In this document: piece after piece, positions 1-8,476 of the stretch
How the letters are laid out: every line of letters begins with the position of its first letter
Numbering within the stretch: position 1 is the stretch's first letter
Assembly (NCBI RefSeq): GCF_042660085.1
Contig: NZ_JBHSTI010000008.1
Location: 690,001-722,000, forward strand
Direction: 5' to 3'
DNA from: Longivirga aurantiaca
GTDB lineage: Bacteria > Actinomycetota > Actinomycetes > S36-B12 > CAIYMF01
DNA: 32,000 nucleotides
Program-made: the position numbers and the translations under genes
The notes under the pieces: generated by a model
The model's input: the letters and a program-made list of their open reading frames with translations, nothing else
The model's database searches: none
Told to the model about the DNA's origin: nothing

Positions 1-1
1 G

Positions 2-1153
2 CCGATCCGCACGGCGCGCGCCGAGGCGCAACGGGCGGTGTCGACGCTGCAGTTCTCCGCGGCGGTCGCGCGCACCCTCGCCGGCGAGGTCGTGCCGATG
101 GAGGCGTCGGCCGCGGGCATGGGGAAGCTCGCGTTCATCCTGCGCGTGCCGGTGGGCGTGGTGGGGGCGATCGCGCCGTTCAACTTCCCGCTGAACCTCG
201 TGGCCCACAAGCTCGGTCCGGCGATCGCGGCGGGCTGCCCGGTGGTGCTCAAGCCGGCGAGCCAGACGCCGTTCTCCTCGATCCTGCTGGCGCGGGTGCT
301 GTTCGAGGCGGGCCTTCCCGCGGGCTACCTGCACGTGGTCACCGGCGGCGGATCCAAGGTCGGCAACCCGATCGTCGACCACGAGGACATCGCGCTCATC
401 ACGTTCACGGGCTCGCCCGAGGTGGGCTGGGGCATCCGGGCCCGGGCGCCGCGCAAGCGGGTCGGGCTGGAGCTGGGCAACAACGCGCCGCTGATCCTGG
501 AGGCGGACGGCGACTGGCGCACGGCGGTGGCGAAGGTGAAGGTCGCGGGGTTCAGCCACGCGGGGCAGTCGTGCATCTCCACCCAGCGCCTGTTCGTGCA
601 CGAGTCGATCGCCGACGAGGTCGTGTCCGAGCTCGCGGCCGCGGTGAGGACGATCGTGGTGGGCGACCCGCTCGACGAGGCCACCGACGTGTCGGCGCTG
701 ATCAACACCGGTGAGCGCGACCGCGTGGCCGGCTGGGTCAAGGAGGCGGCCGAGCAGGGCGCCACCGTGGCGGCGGGCGGGGAGATCGGCGCCGACGGCG
801 TCCTGCTCCCCACGCTGGTCGACGGCGCGACTCCGGACATGAAGGTCTGCTCGCAGGAGGTCTTCGGCCCGGTCGTCGCCGTCATCCGGTACAGCGACTT
901 CGACGACGCCCTGCGTCAGGCCAACGACACCCGCTACGGCCTGCAGGCCGGGGTGTTCACGTCGGACATCACCAAGGGCCTGCGCGCCGCGCGCACCCTG
1001 GACTTCGGCGGAGTCGTCATCAACGAGGTGCCGACCTTCCGCGCCGACCAGCAGCCCTACGGCGGCCTGCGCGACTCCGGCAACACCAAGGAGGGCCCGG
1101 CCTGGTCCGTCCGGGAGATGACCGAGGAACGCCTCATCATCCTCAACGGCTGA
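2..1153 (+). CDS. Aldehyde dehydrogenase family protein (5' end truncated by window edge)
   Basis: Open frame continues to the window start. Translation has ALDH hallmarks: VGAIAPFNFPLNL, GCPVVLKPASQTP, ITFTGSPEVG, LELGNNAPLI, GQSCISTQR, QEVFGPVVAVI. Confidence 0.95.
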   Translation, partial: PIRTARAEAQRAVSTLQFSAAVARTLAGEVVPMEASAAGMGKLAFILRVPVGVVGAIAPFNFPLNLVAHKLGPAIAAGCPVVLKPASQTPFSSILLARVLFEAGLPAGYLHVVTGGGSKVGNPIVDHEDIALITFTGSPEVGWGIRARAPRKRVGLELGNNAPLILEADGDWRTAVAKVKVAGFSHAGQSCISTQRLFVHESIADEVVSELAAAVRTIVVGDPLDEATDVSALINTGERDRVAGWVKEAAEQGATVAAGGEIGADGVLLPTLVDGATPDMKVCSQEVFGPVVAVIRYSDFDDALRQANDTRYGLQAGVFTSDITKGLRAARTLDFGGVVINEVPTFRADQQPYGGLRDSGNTKEGPAWSVREMTEERLIILNG

Positions 1154-1170
1154 GGCACCACCGAGCGCGT

Positions 1171-1207
1171 CGAAGGGCCGGCACCCGTCACGGGTGCCGG
1201 CCCTTCG
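1171..1207. terminator. Bidirectional intrinsic terminator-like hairpin between convergent genes
   Basis: Perfect 17-bp stem CGAAGGGCCGGCACCCG / CGGGTGCCGGCCCTTCG with TCA loop, between the ALDH stop and the nitroreductase stop. Confidence 0.85.
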
Positions 1208-1235
1208 CACGTCGGTGCGGGCACGGGCGGCGGGC

Positions 1236-1898
1236 TCAGGCGGCGGCGCTGCCGGCGTCCTCGCTGCCGAGGCCGTCGAAGGCCTGGCCGAAGCGGCCCG
1301 CGAATGCGAGCTCCTCGAGGCCGAGGCGGCTGCGTGCGGCACCCTCGCGGGCCCGGGCCCAGCCGGGGAGGCCCGCGGCATCGCCGAGACGGCCCACGGC
1401 GAGGACGGCGACGGGCCGGTAGCCCACGGGCACCTCGAACGCGTCGACCACGGCCTCGGCGTCGAAGCCGCCGATCTGGTGGACGTGCAGACCCAGCGAC
1501 TCCGCCTGCACCGTCAGCTGCGCGACGGCGAGGCCGAGCTCGTACGGCCCGACGGCGCGAGCGCTGCCGTCGTCCTCGACGACTCGGGTGAGCGCGGCAA
1601 CGAGCACCGGCGCGCGATGGGCCCAGGCCCGGTTCGGCGGGGCCAGCGTGCCGAGCAGCCCGGTGTGGGTCGCGTCCGGGCCGTCCTCGGTGGTGCGGCC
1701 GACGAGGAACCGCCACGGCTGGGCATTCATCGCGCTCGGCGCCCAGCGGGCAGCCTCGAGAAGGGACACGACCTCGGCGTCGGGAAGCGGAGCGGCGTCG
1801 AAGGCGCGCGGGCTCCACCGGTCGGCGACGAGCGGGTGCACCGCGGTGGCGCCGGTGCGTCCGTGCGCGGTTCCGGGTCGGGTGCTGGTCGTGCTCAC
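1236..1898 (-). CDS. Nitroreductase family protein
   Basis: Translation has DRWSPRAFD...LLEAARWAPSAMNAQPWRFLVG, typical of nitroreductases. GTG start preceded by GGAGGG. Confidence 0.88.
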   Translation of the reverse strand: MSTTSTRPGTAHGRTGATAVHPLVADRWSPRAFDAAPLPDAEVVSLLEAARWAPSAMNAQPWRFLVGRTTEDGPDATHTGLLGTLAPPNRAWAHRAPVLVAALTRVVEDDGSARAVGPYELGLAVAQLTVQAESLGLHVHQIGGFDAEAVVDAFEVPVGYRPVAVLAVGRLGDAAGLPGWARAREGAARSRLGLEELAFAGRFGQAFDGLGSEDAGSAAA

Positions 1899-1923
1899 GG
1901 TGCCCTCCAGGGTCTGTGATCTA

Positions 1924-1937
1924 GTTGAACGCTCAAC
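1924..1937. promoter_or_regulatory. Candidate regulator operator (MarR-like dyad)
   Basis: GTTGA-ACGC-TCAAC inverted repeat about 26 bp upstream of the nitroreductase start, in a divergent intergenic region. Confidence 0.4.
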
Positions 1938-2095
1938 AACTGGAGGCGTCGACGCATTCCCGCGGGTCGGCGGCGTGTCGGCGCGGCCGTTGCGGGGCTG
2001 CGCGGCACACTCGACCTGTCGATCGGCAGCGGGCCCTCGGGTGCCGCTGCGGGGAAGCGCTCGGCCCGGCCGCCTGGACAGGCGGGCGGCGCCGC

Positions 2096-3010
2096 ATGCC
2101 CGCTTCCCTGGAGCCCTCTGTGCCCCTCGACCTCGAGGACCTCGCCGCTCTGCGCGACCTCACCGCGTCCGCCGAGCCGCGTCCGCTGCCGCGCCCCGAC
2201 CGGGGATCCGGCGACGGCGACGGCGAGGCCCAGCGCGAGACGGACGCCGCCCCGGCAGGCGCCCTCTCCCGTCGGCGGCTCGCCTCCCTCGCTGCCGCGG
2301 CCGCAGCGGCCGGCCTGCTCTGCGGCCTCGTCGGGCCGAGCCCCTCCGCCCTCGCCCAGCCCCTGACCAGCGCCGTCCGCGGGACCCTGTTCGCCAGCGC
2401 GTCCCCCGTGGCCGCGCCGACGCCCGCACCGGCGCCCTCCGAGCCGACCGCGCACACCGAGGCCCAGCCGTCCTCCGCGGCCGAGGCGATCGCCGCGGTC
2501 GCCGTGGCGCTCCCTCTCGGGCTCGGCCCCGGCGACCTCGCGGCACCCCGACCCGGTGCCGCGCCGAGCCCTGCGGTGAAGAAGGCCTGGGTCCCGACCC
2601 GCAGCCTCCCGAAGAACAGCGGGACCGGCCGGCGGATCGTGTACGCGGAGCAGGCGGCGCACCTGTGGATCGTGGCCGCCGACGGCAGGGTGCTGCGCGA
2701 CTACAAGGTGACGGGCCGGCCCGGGCGCCCGGGGCCGGGCACCTACCGCGTGTTCTCGAAGTCGCCGACGGCGGTGAACCCAGGGCAGAAGCTGCGCTTC
2801 GAGCTCATGGTGCGGTTCACCCACGGCGTGACCGGTGCGGCGATCGGCTTCCACACGATCCCGGAGACCTACCAGGGCGTGCCGATCCAGAAGGCGTCCG
2901 ACCTCGGCAAGGCGATCGGGTCGGGCGGCTGCGTGAGGCAGAAGCGCGAGGACGCGCGCTGGCTCTACCGCTGGGTCAAGGTCGGCGACACCGTGGTCGT
3001 CCTGCGCTGA
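2096..3010 (+). CDS. L,D-transpeptidase (YkuD family), exported, with variant SGGCVR active-site motif
   Basis: TAT/Sec-like N-terminus SRRRLASLAAAAAAAGLLCG. YkuD-like IGFHTIPETYQGVPIQ...LGKAIGSGGCVRQ. Start chosen inside the longer ORF 1925-3010; start uncertain. Confidence 0.8.
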   Translation: MPASLEPSVPLDLEDLAALRDLTASAEPRPLPRPDRGSGDGDGEAQRETDAAPAGALSRRRLASLAAAAAAAGLLCGLVGPSPSALAQPLTSAVRGTLFASASPVAAPTPAPAPSEPTAHTEAQPSSAAEAIAAVAVALPLGLGPGDLAAPRPGAAPSPAVKKAWVPTRSLPKNSGTGRRIVYAEQAAHLWIVAADGRVLRDYKVTGRPGRPGPGTYRVFSKSPTAVNPGQKLRFELMVRFTHGVTGAAIGFHTIPETYQGVPIQKASDLGKAIGSGGCVRQKREDARWLYRWVKVGDTVVVLR

Positions 3011-3198
3011 CCCGGACGGGTGGCCGGACCGATCACGCAGCGTCCACGGACGGGTCCGCACGGGCGACCTGTGTCCCGCGGAGCGGACATCGTGAGGGCA
3101 CCGGTGCGGCGGATCCGGCCCCGGCCGACGTACAGTCGTCCCTGGCGGCTGCCGCGCACGTGCGGCGTCGCCCTTCCCCGCCAGCAGGAGGTACCGCC

Positions 3199-4188
3199 GT
3201 GGACGTGCGGCGCGCGCATCCCCGCCGCGCCTCGACGCGCGCCGTCGTCGCTGCGAGCACCCTCGGTCTCGTGCTCGGCCTGGTCGCCGCTGTGCCCGCG
3301 CGCGCCGAGAGCGGCTCGACCGGCGGCACCACTCCCGGCGGCATCACGACCACCCCGATCGCGCCGCCCCCGGCGTCCAAGCCCACGACGGCGATCACGG
3401 CCACCGCGAGCCCCTACCAGGGTGCGGTCATGGGCATCGCTCAGCCGATCTTCGTGCGGTTCTCGAGCCCCGTCGCCTTCAAGGCGCGAGCCGAGAAGAA
3501 CATGCGCGTGTACGTCTCGGGCGTCCTGTCGAGCGGTGCGTGGCACTGGAAGGACTCGCAGACCGCGGTCTTCCGGCCGCAGACGTTCTGGAAGTCGCGC
3601 AGCACCATCGCGATCAAGATGACGATGAAGGGCGTGGTGCTCGCCGAGTCGTCGAGCCGCACGTTCGTCGGGGCGACCACCAAGGTGCACTGGTTCAAGA
3701 CCAGCCGCTCGTTCGTCGCGAAGGTCGACGACGCGACGCACCGCATGAAGGTCTACCTCGACGGCAAGGTCGTGCGGACCATCCCGGTGTCACTGGGCAA
3801 GCCCGGGTTCGAGACGCGGTCGGGCGTCAAGGTCGTGCAGGAGAAGTACGAGACCCGACGCATGACCAGCGTGGGCGCGGGGATCACCGACCCCAACGAC
3901 CAGTACGACGTGACGGCCACGTGGGCGGTGCGCATCACGCCCACCGGCGAGTTCGTGCACGGCGCGCCGTGGGCCGCCGGACGCATCGGCCGGTACAACG
4001 GCTCGCACGGCTGCACCAACGTGCTCGAGGTCGACGGCAAGTGGTTCTACGACCGCGTCCTGCCGGGCGACCCCGTCGTGACGGTCGGGACCGGCCGCGC
4101 GATGGAGTACTGGAACGGCCCGGGCGGCCCGTGGAACATGCCGTGGAAGTTCTGGCTGGCCAAGTCCGCCACGGGCCCCCAGCGCTGA
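3199..4188 (+). CDS. L,D-transpeptidase with N-terminal Ig-like domain and YkuD catalytic domain
   Basis: GTG start 7 nt after AGGAGGT. Signal peptide followed by VHGAPWAAGRIGRYNGSHGCTNV (SHGC motif). The 866-aa ORF 1588-4188 is an over-extended frame. Confidence 0.92.
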   Translation: MDVRRAHPRRASTRAVVAASTLGLVLGLVAAVPARAESGSTGGTTPGGITTTPIAPPPASKPTTAITATASPYQGAVMGIAQPIFVRFSSPVAFKARAEKNMRVYVSGVLSSGAWHWKDSQTAVFRPQTFWKSRSTIAIKMTMKGVVLAESSSRTFVGATTKVHWFKTSRSFVAKVDDATHRMKVYLDGKVVRTIPVSLGKPGFETRSGVKVVQEKYETRRMTSVGAGITDPNDQYDVTATWAVRITPTGEFVHGAPWAAGRIGRYNGSHGCTNVLEVDGKWFYDRVLPGDPVVTVGTGRAMEYWNGPGGPWNMPWKFWLAKSATGPQR

Positions 4189-4206
4189 CCGGGCAGGAAC
4201 GCCGGC

Positions 4207-6198
4207 TCAGTCGAGCAGGACGGCCGGCGTGAGCATCCCGTACGTCGCGAGAACGTCCGGGAGCTCCGAGGCCGGCACCGGCCGCGCGTAGAGGAACCCC
4301 TGTGCGATGTCGCAGCCGAGCAGACGCAGCCGCTCCGCGGTCTCGGGCAGCTCGACGCCCTCGGCGACCGCGACCATCGAGAACTCGTGCGCGAGGTCGG
4401 TGACCACCTTCACGAGGACCTCGTTGCCGTTCGTCATGTCGCTGATGAACGAGCGGTCGATCTTCAGGGTGTCGATCGGGAGGTCGCGCAGCTGCGAGAT
4501 CGAGGTGTTGCCGATCCCGAAGTCGTCGAGCGCGATGGTGGATCCCATGGCTGCGATGCGCCGCAGCGTCTCCGCGGCGCGCTCGGGGTCCTGCATGATC
4601 GCCGACTCGGTGATCTCGAACTCGAGCAGGCGCGCGGGGACGTCGTACTCCTCGAGCAGGCGGGCGATGCGCCGGTCGAGCTCGGGCTCGGCGAGGTTGA
4701 GCGCGGACAGGTTCACGGCGACGGGGATCTCGAGCCCCTCGTCGATCCAGGCCCGCTGCTGGGTCAGGACCATGCGCATCACGCGGTCGGTGACCGTGTG
4801 CACCAGGCCCGTCTGCTCCGCGAGAGGGATGAACTCGCTCGGGGGCACCATGCCGCGCAGCGGGTGGTTCCACCGGAGCAGGGCCTCGAGGCCGACGACG
4901 GTCTTGGACTCCAGGTCGAGCTTGGCCTGGTAGTGGACCGAGAGCTGGTCGCCCGAGTCGAGCGCCCGGCGCAGGTCGCCCAGCAGGATCAGGCGTGCGG
5001 GCGAGTTGGTGTCGCCGTCCGCCTCGTACACGCTCATGCCGCGTCGGCCCGCCTTCGCGATGTACATCGCGACGTCCGCGAGCTTGAGCAGCGACTGCAT
5101 GTCGTCGGCGTGGTCCGGGAAGAGCGCGAGGCCGATCGAGGTCTCGACGTGCAGCACCAGGCCGTCGATCTCGTACGGCGCGTCGAACACCTCGAGCACC
5201 CGCTCGGCGAACATCACGCCGTCCGCGACGCTGCGGACCGTCTTGAGCAGGATCGCGAACTCGTCGCCGCCGAGCCGCGCGACGGTGTCGGTCTCGCGGA
5301 CGATCGCGCGCAGCCTGTCGGCGGCCTGCACGAGCAGCTGGTCGCCCCGGTCGTGGCCGAGCGAGTCGTTGATCTCCTTGAACCGGTCGATGTCGAGCAG
5401 GAGGAGGCCGACGTGCTTGCCGTCGCGCAGGGCGTCCGACACGGCCGTCTCGAGCCGCTCGTTGAGCAGTCGACGGTTGGGCAGGCCGGTGAGCGGGTCG
5501 AGGAGGGCGAGCCGCGCGTTCTCCTCGGACGACGCGCGCAGGCGCCGGCTCGCGTTGTGCACCGTGCGGAACAGCAGCGCCCACACGAGCCCGAGGCCGA
5601 GGATCGTGATGATCCCGATCGTGACGACGGCATCACGCGTGGCGGCGAGGGTCGGCGAGTAGTCGAGCACCACCTCGGCCGCGCCGACCGGCTGGTACTT
5701 CGCAGCGGGATCGACGCGCATCGCGGTGTCGTAGATCGGCACGTAGACGCTCAGCACCTGCTCGAGGCCCATCGAGGTCGAGGGCACGACGCCGGCGAAG
5801 TCGCCGCTCGCCACGAGCTCGGTGCTCAGCTGCCCGTCCACGGTGGCGGCGGCCAGCCGGGCGTGGTTCGGCTCGTCGTCGGTGCTCGCGTCGCTGTCGA
5901 AGAGGTTCGTGGCGTCGTGCGTCCAGAGCTGGAGGCGGATCATCGTCGCGTCGGGGTGCAGGTTCTTGCGCAACGACGTGACCACGGGCGGGTCGATCTG
6001 TCCCGTCTGCCAGTTGGCCAGGGACACGCGCTCGCCGACACCGGCCGACACGTACGCCTGCGCGGTGCGGACGGCGTGCTCGAGCGCCTGCCGCTGCAGG
6101 AGCTGGGCCATGGACGCTACGAGGGCGGCGCCGAGCACGGCGAGGGCCACCAGGCTGACGGCCGCGAAGGTGGCGGTCAGCGACAGCCGTCGGCGCAT
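4207..6198 (-). CDS. Membrane-associated GGDEF-EAL protein (putative diguanylate cyclase/phosphodiesterase)
   Basis: GGDEF with RETD I-site 5 aa upstream. EALLRW, ELEITES and DDFGIG...KIDRSFI for EAL. Two N-terminal TM segments flank a periplasmic region. Start at MRRRLSL preceded by a GGGAGGGA SD-like sequence. Confidence 0.93.
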   Translation of the reverse strand: MRRRLSLTATFAAVSLVALAVLGAALVASMAQLLQRQALEHAVRTAQAYVSAGVGERVSLANWQTGQIDPPVVTSLRKNLHPDATMIRLQLWTHDATNLFDSDASTDDEPNHARLAAATVDGQLSTELVASGDFAGVVPSTSMGLEQVLSVYVPIYDTAMRVDPAAKYQPVGAAEVVLDYSPTLAATRDAVVTIGIITILGLGLVWALLFRTVHNASRRLRASSEENARLALLDPLTGLPNRRLLNERLETAVSDALRDGKHVGLLLLDIDRFKEINDSLGHDRGDQLLVQAADRLRAIVRETDTVARLGGDEFAILLKTVRSVADGVMFAERVLEVFDAPYEIDGLVLHVETSIGLALFPDHADDMQSLLKLADVAMYIAKAGRRGMSVYEADGDTNSPARLILLGDLRRALDSGDQLSVHYQAKLDLESKTVVGLEALLRWNHPLRGMVPPSEFIPLAEQTGLVHTVTDRVMRMVLTQQRAWIDEGLEIPVAVNLSALNLAEPELDRRIARLLEEYDVPARLLEFEITESAIMQDPERAAETLRRIAAMGSTIALDDFGIGNTSISQLRDLPIDTLKIDRSFISDMTNGNEVLVKVVTDLAHEFSMVAVAEGVELPETAERLRLLGCDIAQGFLYARPVPASELPDVLATYGMLTPAVLLD

Positions 6199-6267
6199 CT
6201 CGTCATCCCTCCCATTCCGGCGAGAAGCACCGTCCCCCGACGGCACCCATCCGGGCGTCTCCAGAGG

Positions 6268-6295
6268 TCATCGGCACGTCCCCGCGCCGCTTGAG
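6268..6295 (-). promoter_or_regulatory. Sigma28/WhiG-type promoter candidate upstream of GGDEF-EAL gene
   Basis: Minus strand reads CTCAA-(15 nt GCGGCGCGGGGACGT)-GCCGATGA, matching the known TAAA/CTCAA-N15-GCCGATAA type. Confidence 0.65.
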
Positions 6296-6298
6296 GGA

Positions 6299-7210
6299 TC
6301 AGCCGCCGCTGGTGCCCGGGACCCGCACGGTGAGCGACCCGGGCCGCACCCGTGCCTCGAGCTTGCGGCCCTCCGCGACGACGTCGCCGTCCACCTGCCG
6401 CGGTGCCGTGGTCTGCGAGACGACCCAGGCCGAGCGGCCCGACAGGTGGATCCGGGAGTCATCCTGGCGGGGCCGCCGCCGCACCAGGTGGGCCGCCGTG
6501 CGGGCCCAGTCCAGGGGCCTGTCGAGCGGCAGGACGATCACGTGCAGGAGCCCGTCGGAGGCGTCCGACTCGGGCGCGACGTCGAGCCCGGCGATGAGGC
6601 CGCCCACGTTGGCGACGAGCACGCTGCGGGCGGTGTACCAGCGAGGCTGACCCCCGTCCATGGCGACGGCGACCCGCATGGACTCGCTGGTGAGCAGCTT
6701 CACGGAGTTGGCGACGTACGCGGCCGGGCCGATCGCGTTCTTCAGCTCCTCCGGCGCGTCGATGAGCGATGCGTCGAGGCCCATGCCGGCGATCACCGTA
6801 CTGACCATGACCGATCCACCGAGACCGATCTCGACGACGTCGATCCTGCGGTCCTGGCCCGTGAGCGCGACGCGCGCTGCGCCGTCGAGGTCGAGCGGTA
6901 TGCCGAGGTTGCGGGCGAGGAGGTTGCCCGTGCCGCCGGGGATGATGCCGAGCGCCGTGCCGCTGCCGAGAAGGCCCGTGGCGATCGCGTTGAGGGTGCC
7001 GTCACCGCCCCACGACAGGACGAGGTCGGCGCCCGCCTCGACGGCCTCGCGCGCCTGCGCCGTGCCGGGCTGCTCGGCCGTGGTGGGGACGAGGTGCGGC
7101 GTCGGTACGCCGGCGGCGTGGGCCCAGCCGGCCAGCCGTTCGGCTGCCTCGCCGAGATCGCCGGCCTTGCCGGGATGGACGATCGCCACCGTCTCGGCGG
7201 AGCCCGTCAT
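6299..7210 (-). CDS. Diacylglycerol/sphingosine kinase (DAGK catalytic) family lipid kinase
   Basis: LVLSWGGDGTLNAIATGLLGSGTALGIIPGGTGNLLARNLGIP. ATG preceded by AGGAGG. Confidence 0.93.
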   Translation of the reverse strand: MTGSAETVAIVHPGKAGDLGEAAERLAGWAHAAGVPTPHLVPTTAEQPGTAQAREAVEAGADLVLSWGGDGTLNAIATGLLGSGTALGIIPGGTGNLLARNLGIPLDLDGAARVALTGQDRRIDVVEIGLGGSVMVSTVIAGMGLDASLIDAPEELKNAIGPAAYVANSVKLLTSESMRVAVAMDGGQPRWYTARSVLVANVGGLIAGLDVAPESDASDGLLHVIVLPLDRPLDWARTAAHLVRRRPRQDDSRIHLSGRSAWVVSQTTAPRQVDGDVVAEGRKLEARVRPGSLTVRVPGTSGG

Positions 7211-7350
7211 CGTGCCTCCTGGTGGGCGGTGTCACTGAGCAGGGACGACGTCCCACGCGAGGTCGCCCGTGTCGCCGGTCACCGGAGGACGGTAGCGCGC
7301 GCAGGCGGGCGCCCGCCCCGGGTCGGGGTCGCCGGTCCGCCGGAGGCGCG

Positions 7351-7578
7351 TCAGGACGCGGTGGCGTAGCGGTGGTCGGAGGCGGCGCGCTCGCACTCGC
7401 GCACCGTGTGGAACCCGGACTCGTACCGGCAGTCGTGGCACACGGCGATGGAGGCGCTGCCCAGGTGCACGACCTCGACGCTGTGCGGGCTGCAGCTGCG
7501 GTCCGCATGCGCGTGGTCGCGCCGGTGCACCGCTGCGAGCATGGCCCGCACGATGGGTTCCGGACTGTTGGGCGTCAT
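7351..7578 (-). CDS. Small cysteine/histidine-rich hypothetical protein (75 aa)
   Basis: MTPNSPEPIVRAMLAAVHRRDHAHADRSCSPHSVEVVHLGSASIAVCHDCRYESGFHTVRECERAASDHRYATAS has a CxxC plus further C/H residues. It is the C-terminal part of the longer ORF 7351-8112, which otherwise overlaps the plus-strand gene. Confidence 0.6.
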   Translation of the reverse strand: MTPNSPEPIVRAMLAAVHRRDHAHADRSCSPHSVEVVHLGSASIAVCHDCRYESGFHTVRECERAASDHRYATAS

Positions 7579-7585
7579 GCCGTGG

Positions 7586-7613
7586 TTATCGGTCGCGCAG
7601 ATCCGGACCTGAG
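7586..7613 (-). promoter_or_regulatory. Degenerate sigma28-like promoter candidate
   Basis: Minus strand reads CTCAG-(15 nt GTCCGGATCTGCGCG)-ACCGATAA. Same spacing as the two strong sites, but directly abutting the small-protein ATG. Confidence 0.3.
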
Positions 7614-7654
7614 GATCTCGGGTGGGCAATCCGCGACTTCTATAGGGTCCCCGC

Positions 7655-8473
7655 ATGAGTCCGGTGTCTCGCCGGCGTCCCGGTGCCGGCCGCCCTGCTC
7701 CCGTAGCGTCCGCTCTGCGCGCGAACGAGGCGCGCAAGATGCGCGGCGAGATGCCGCTCGATGCGCTCACCTCGCGCATCCGCAAGCTCGACGTCCACTC
7801 CGACGGGTTCGCCGCCGAGGCGGTGGTGTCGTGGGTGTTCGAGGTGCTCGGATCGCGGGGCCCCGACGCCGACGAGGTGCTCGCACGGTTCTGCCGCGCC
7901 GCGGTCTCCGACCCCCGAGCGGGGACGACGGCCCTCGGGCTCCAGGCGATGGCGGTGCTGGCCCTGCACGGGCACCGCAGCGTTCGGGGCGAGGCCTCCC
8001 ATCTCGTTGCGGGGGCGGACGAGGAGCTGCGCGCGTCCCTGCCGTCCTGGGTCGCGCACGTCGGTGCCGTTCGGGTCGTGGAGACGGGTGTGCTCGCGAC
8101 CGCGGACGGCACCGAGACGGTCCTGCACCTGCTGCTCGACCACGTGGATCCGGCGGCGGGCCCCCGGCACCTGGTGACGCTCGCGGTGCATCACGGCGAC
8201 AGCCGGGTGCACCTGCTCGACGTCCGTGCCCGTCGCGACGACGAGGTGCTCGCGCCGATGGGCGAGAAGTACGCCGGATCCAGCGATCCCGTGTGGTCGT
8301 GGGGCGACGCCGACGCCGTACGGGCTGCCGCCGTCCCCGCCCTGGGGGTGACCGCGGAGCACGCGCCGACGCAGTGGCCGGTGCTCGGGGTCGAGGGCGG
8401 CGAGACGCTCACCTGGACCCTCGGCGTCCACCGCCTCGGGCAGGCCGCCGGTCTGGACCTCCTGCAGCCGTAG
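7655..8473 (+). CDS. Hypothetical protein
   Basis: 272-aa ORF between divergent and convergent neighbours. TAGGGT -10-like hexamer 6 nt before the ATG. No recognised domain. Confidence 0.75.
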   Translation: MSPVSRRRPGAGRPAPVASALRANEARKMRGEMPLDALTSRIRKLDVHSDGFAAEAVVSWVFEVLGSRGPDADEVLARFCRAAVSDPRAGTTALGLQAMAVLALHGHRSVRGEASHLVAGADEELRASLPSWVAHVGAVRVVETGVLATADGTETVLHLLLDHVDPAAGPRHLVTLAVHHGDSRVHLLDVRARRDDEVLAPMGEKYAGSSDPVWSWGDADAVRAAAVPALGVTAEHAPTQWPVLGVEGGETLTWTLGVHRLGQAAGLDLLQP

Positions 8474-8476
8474 GGG

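Noticed and set aside
1588-4188. 866-aa plus-strand ORF as one protein
   Set aside because: It runs through two other genes. Only the part from GTG 3199, with an AGGAGGT SD and signal peptide, is credible.
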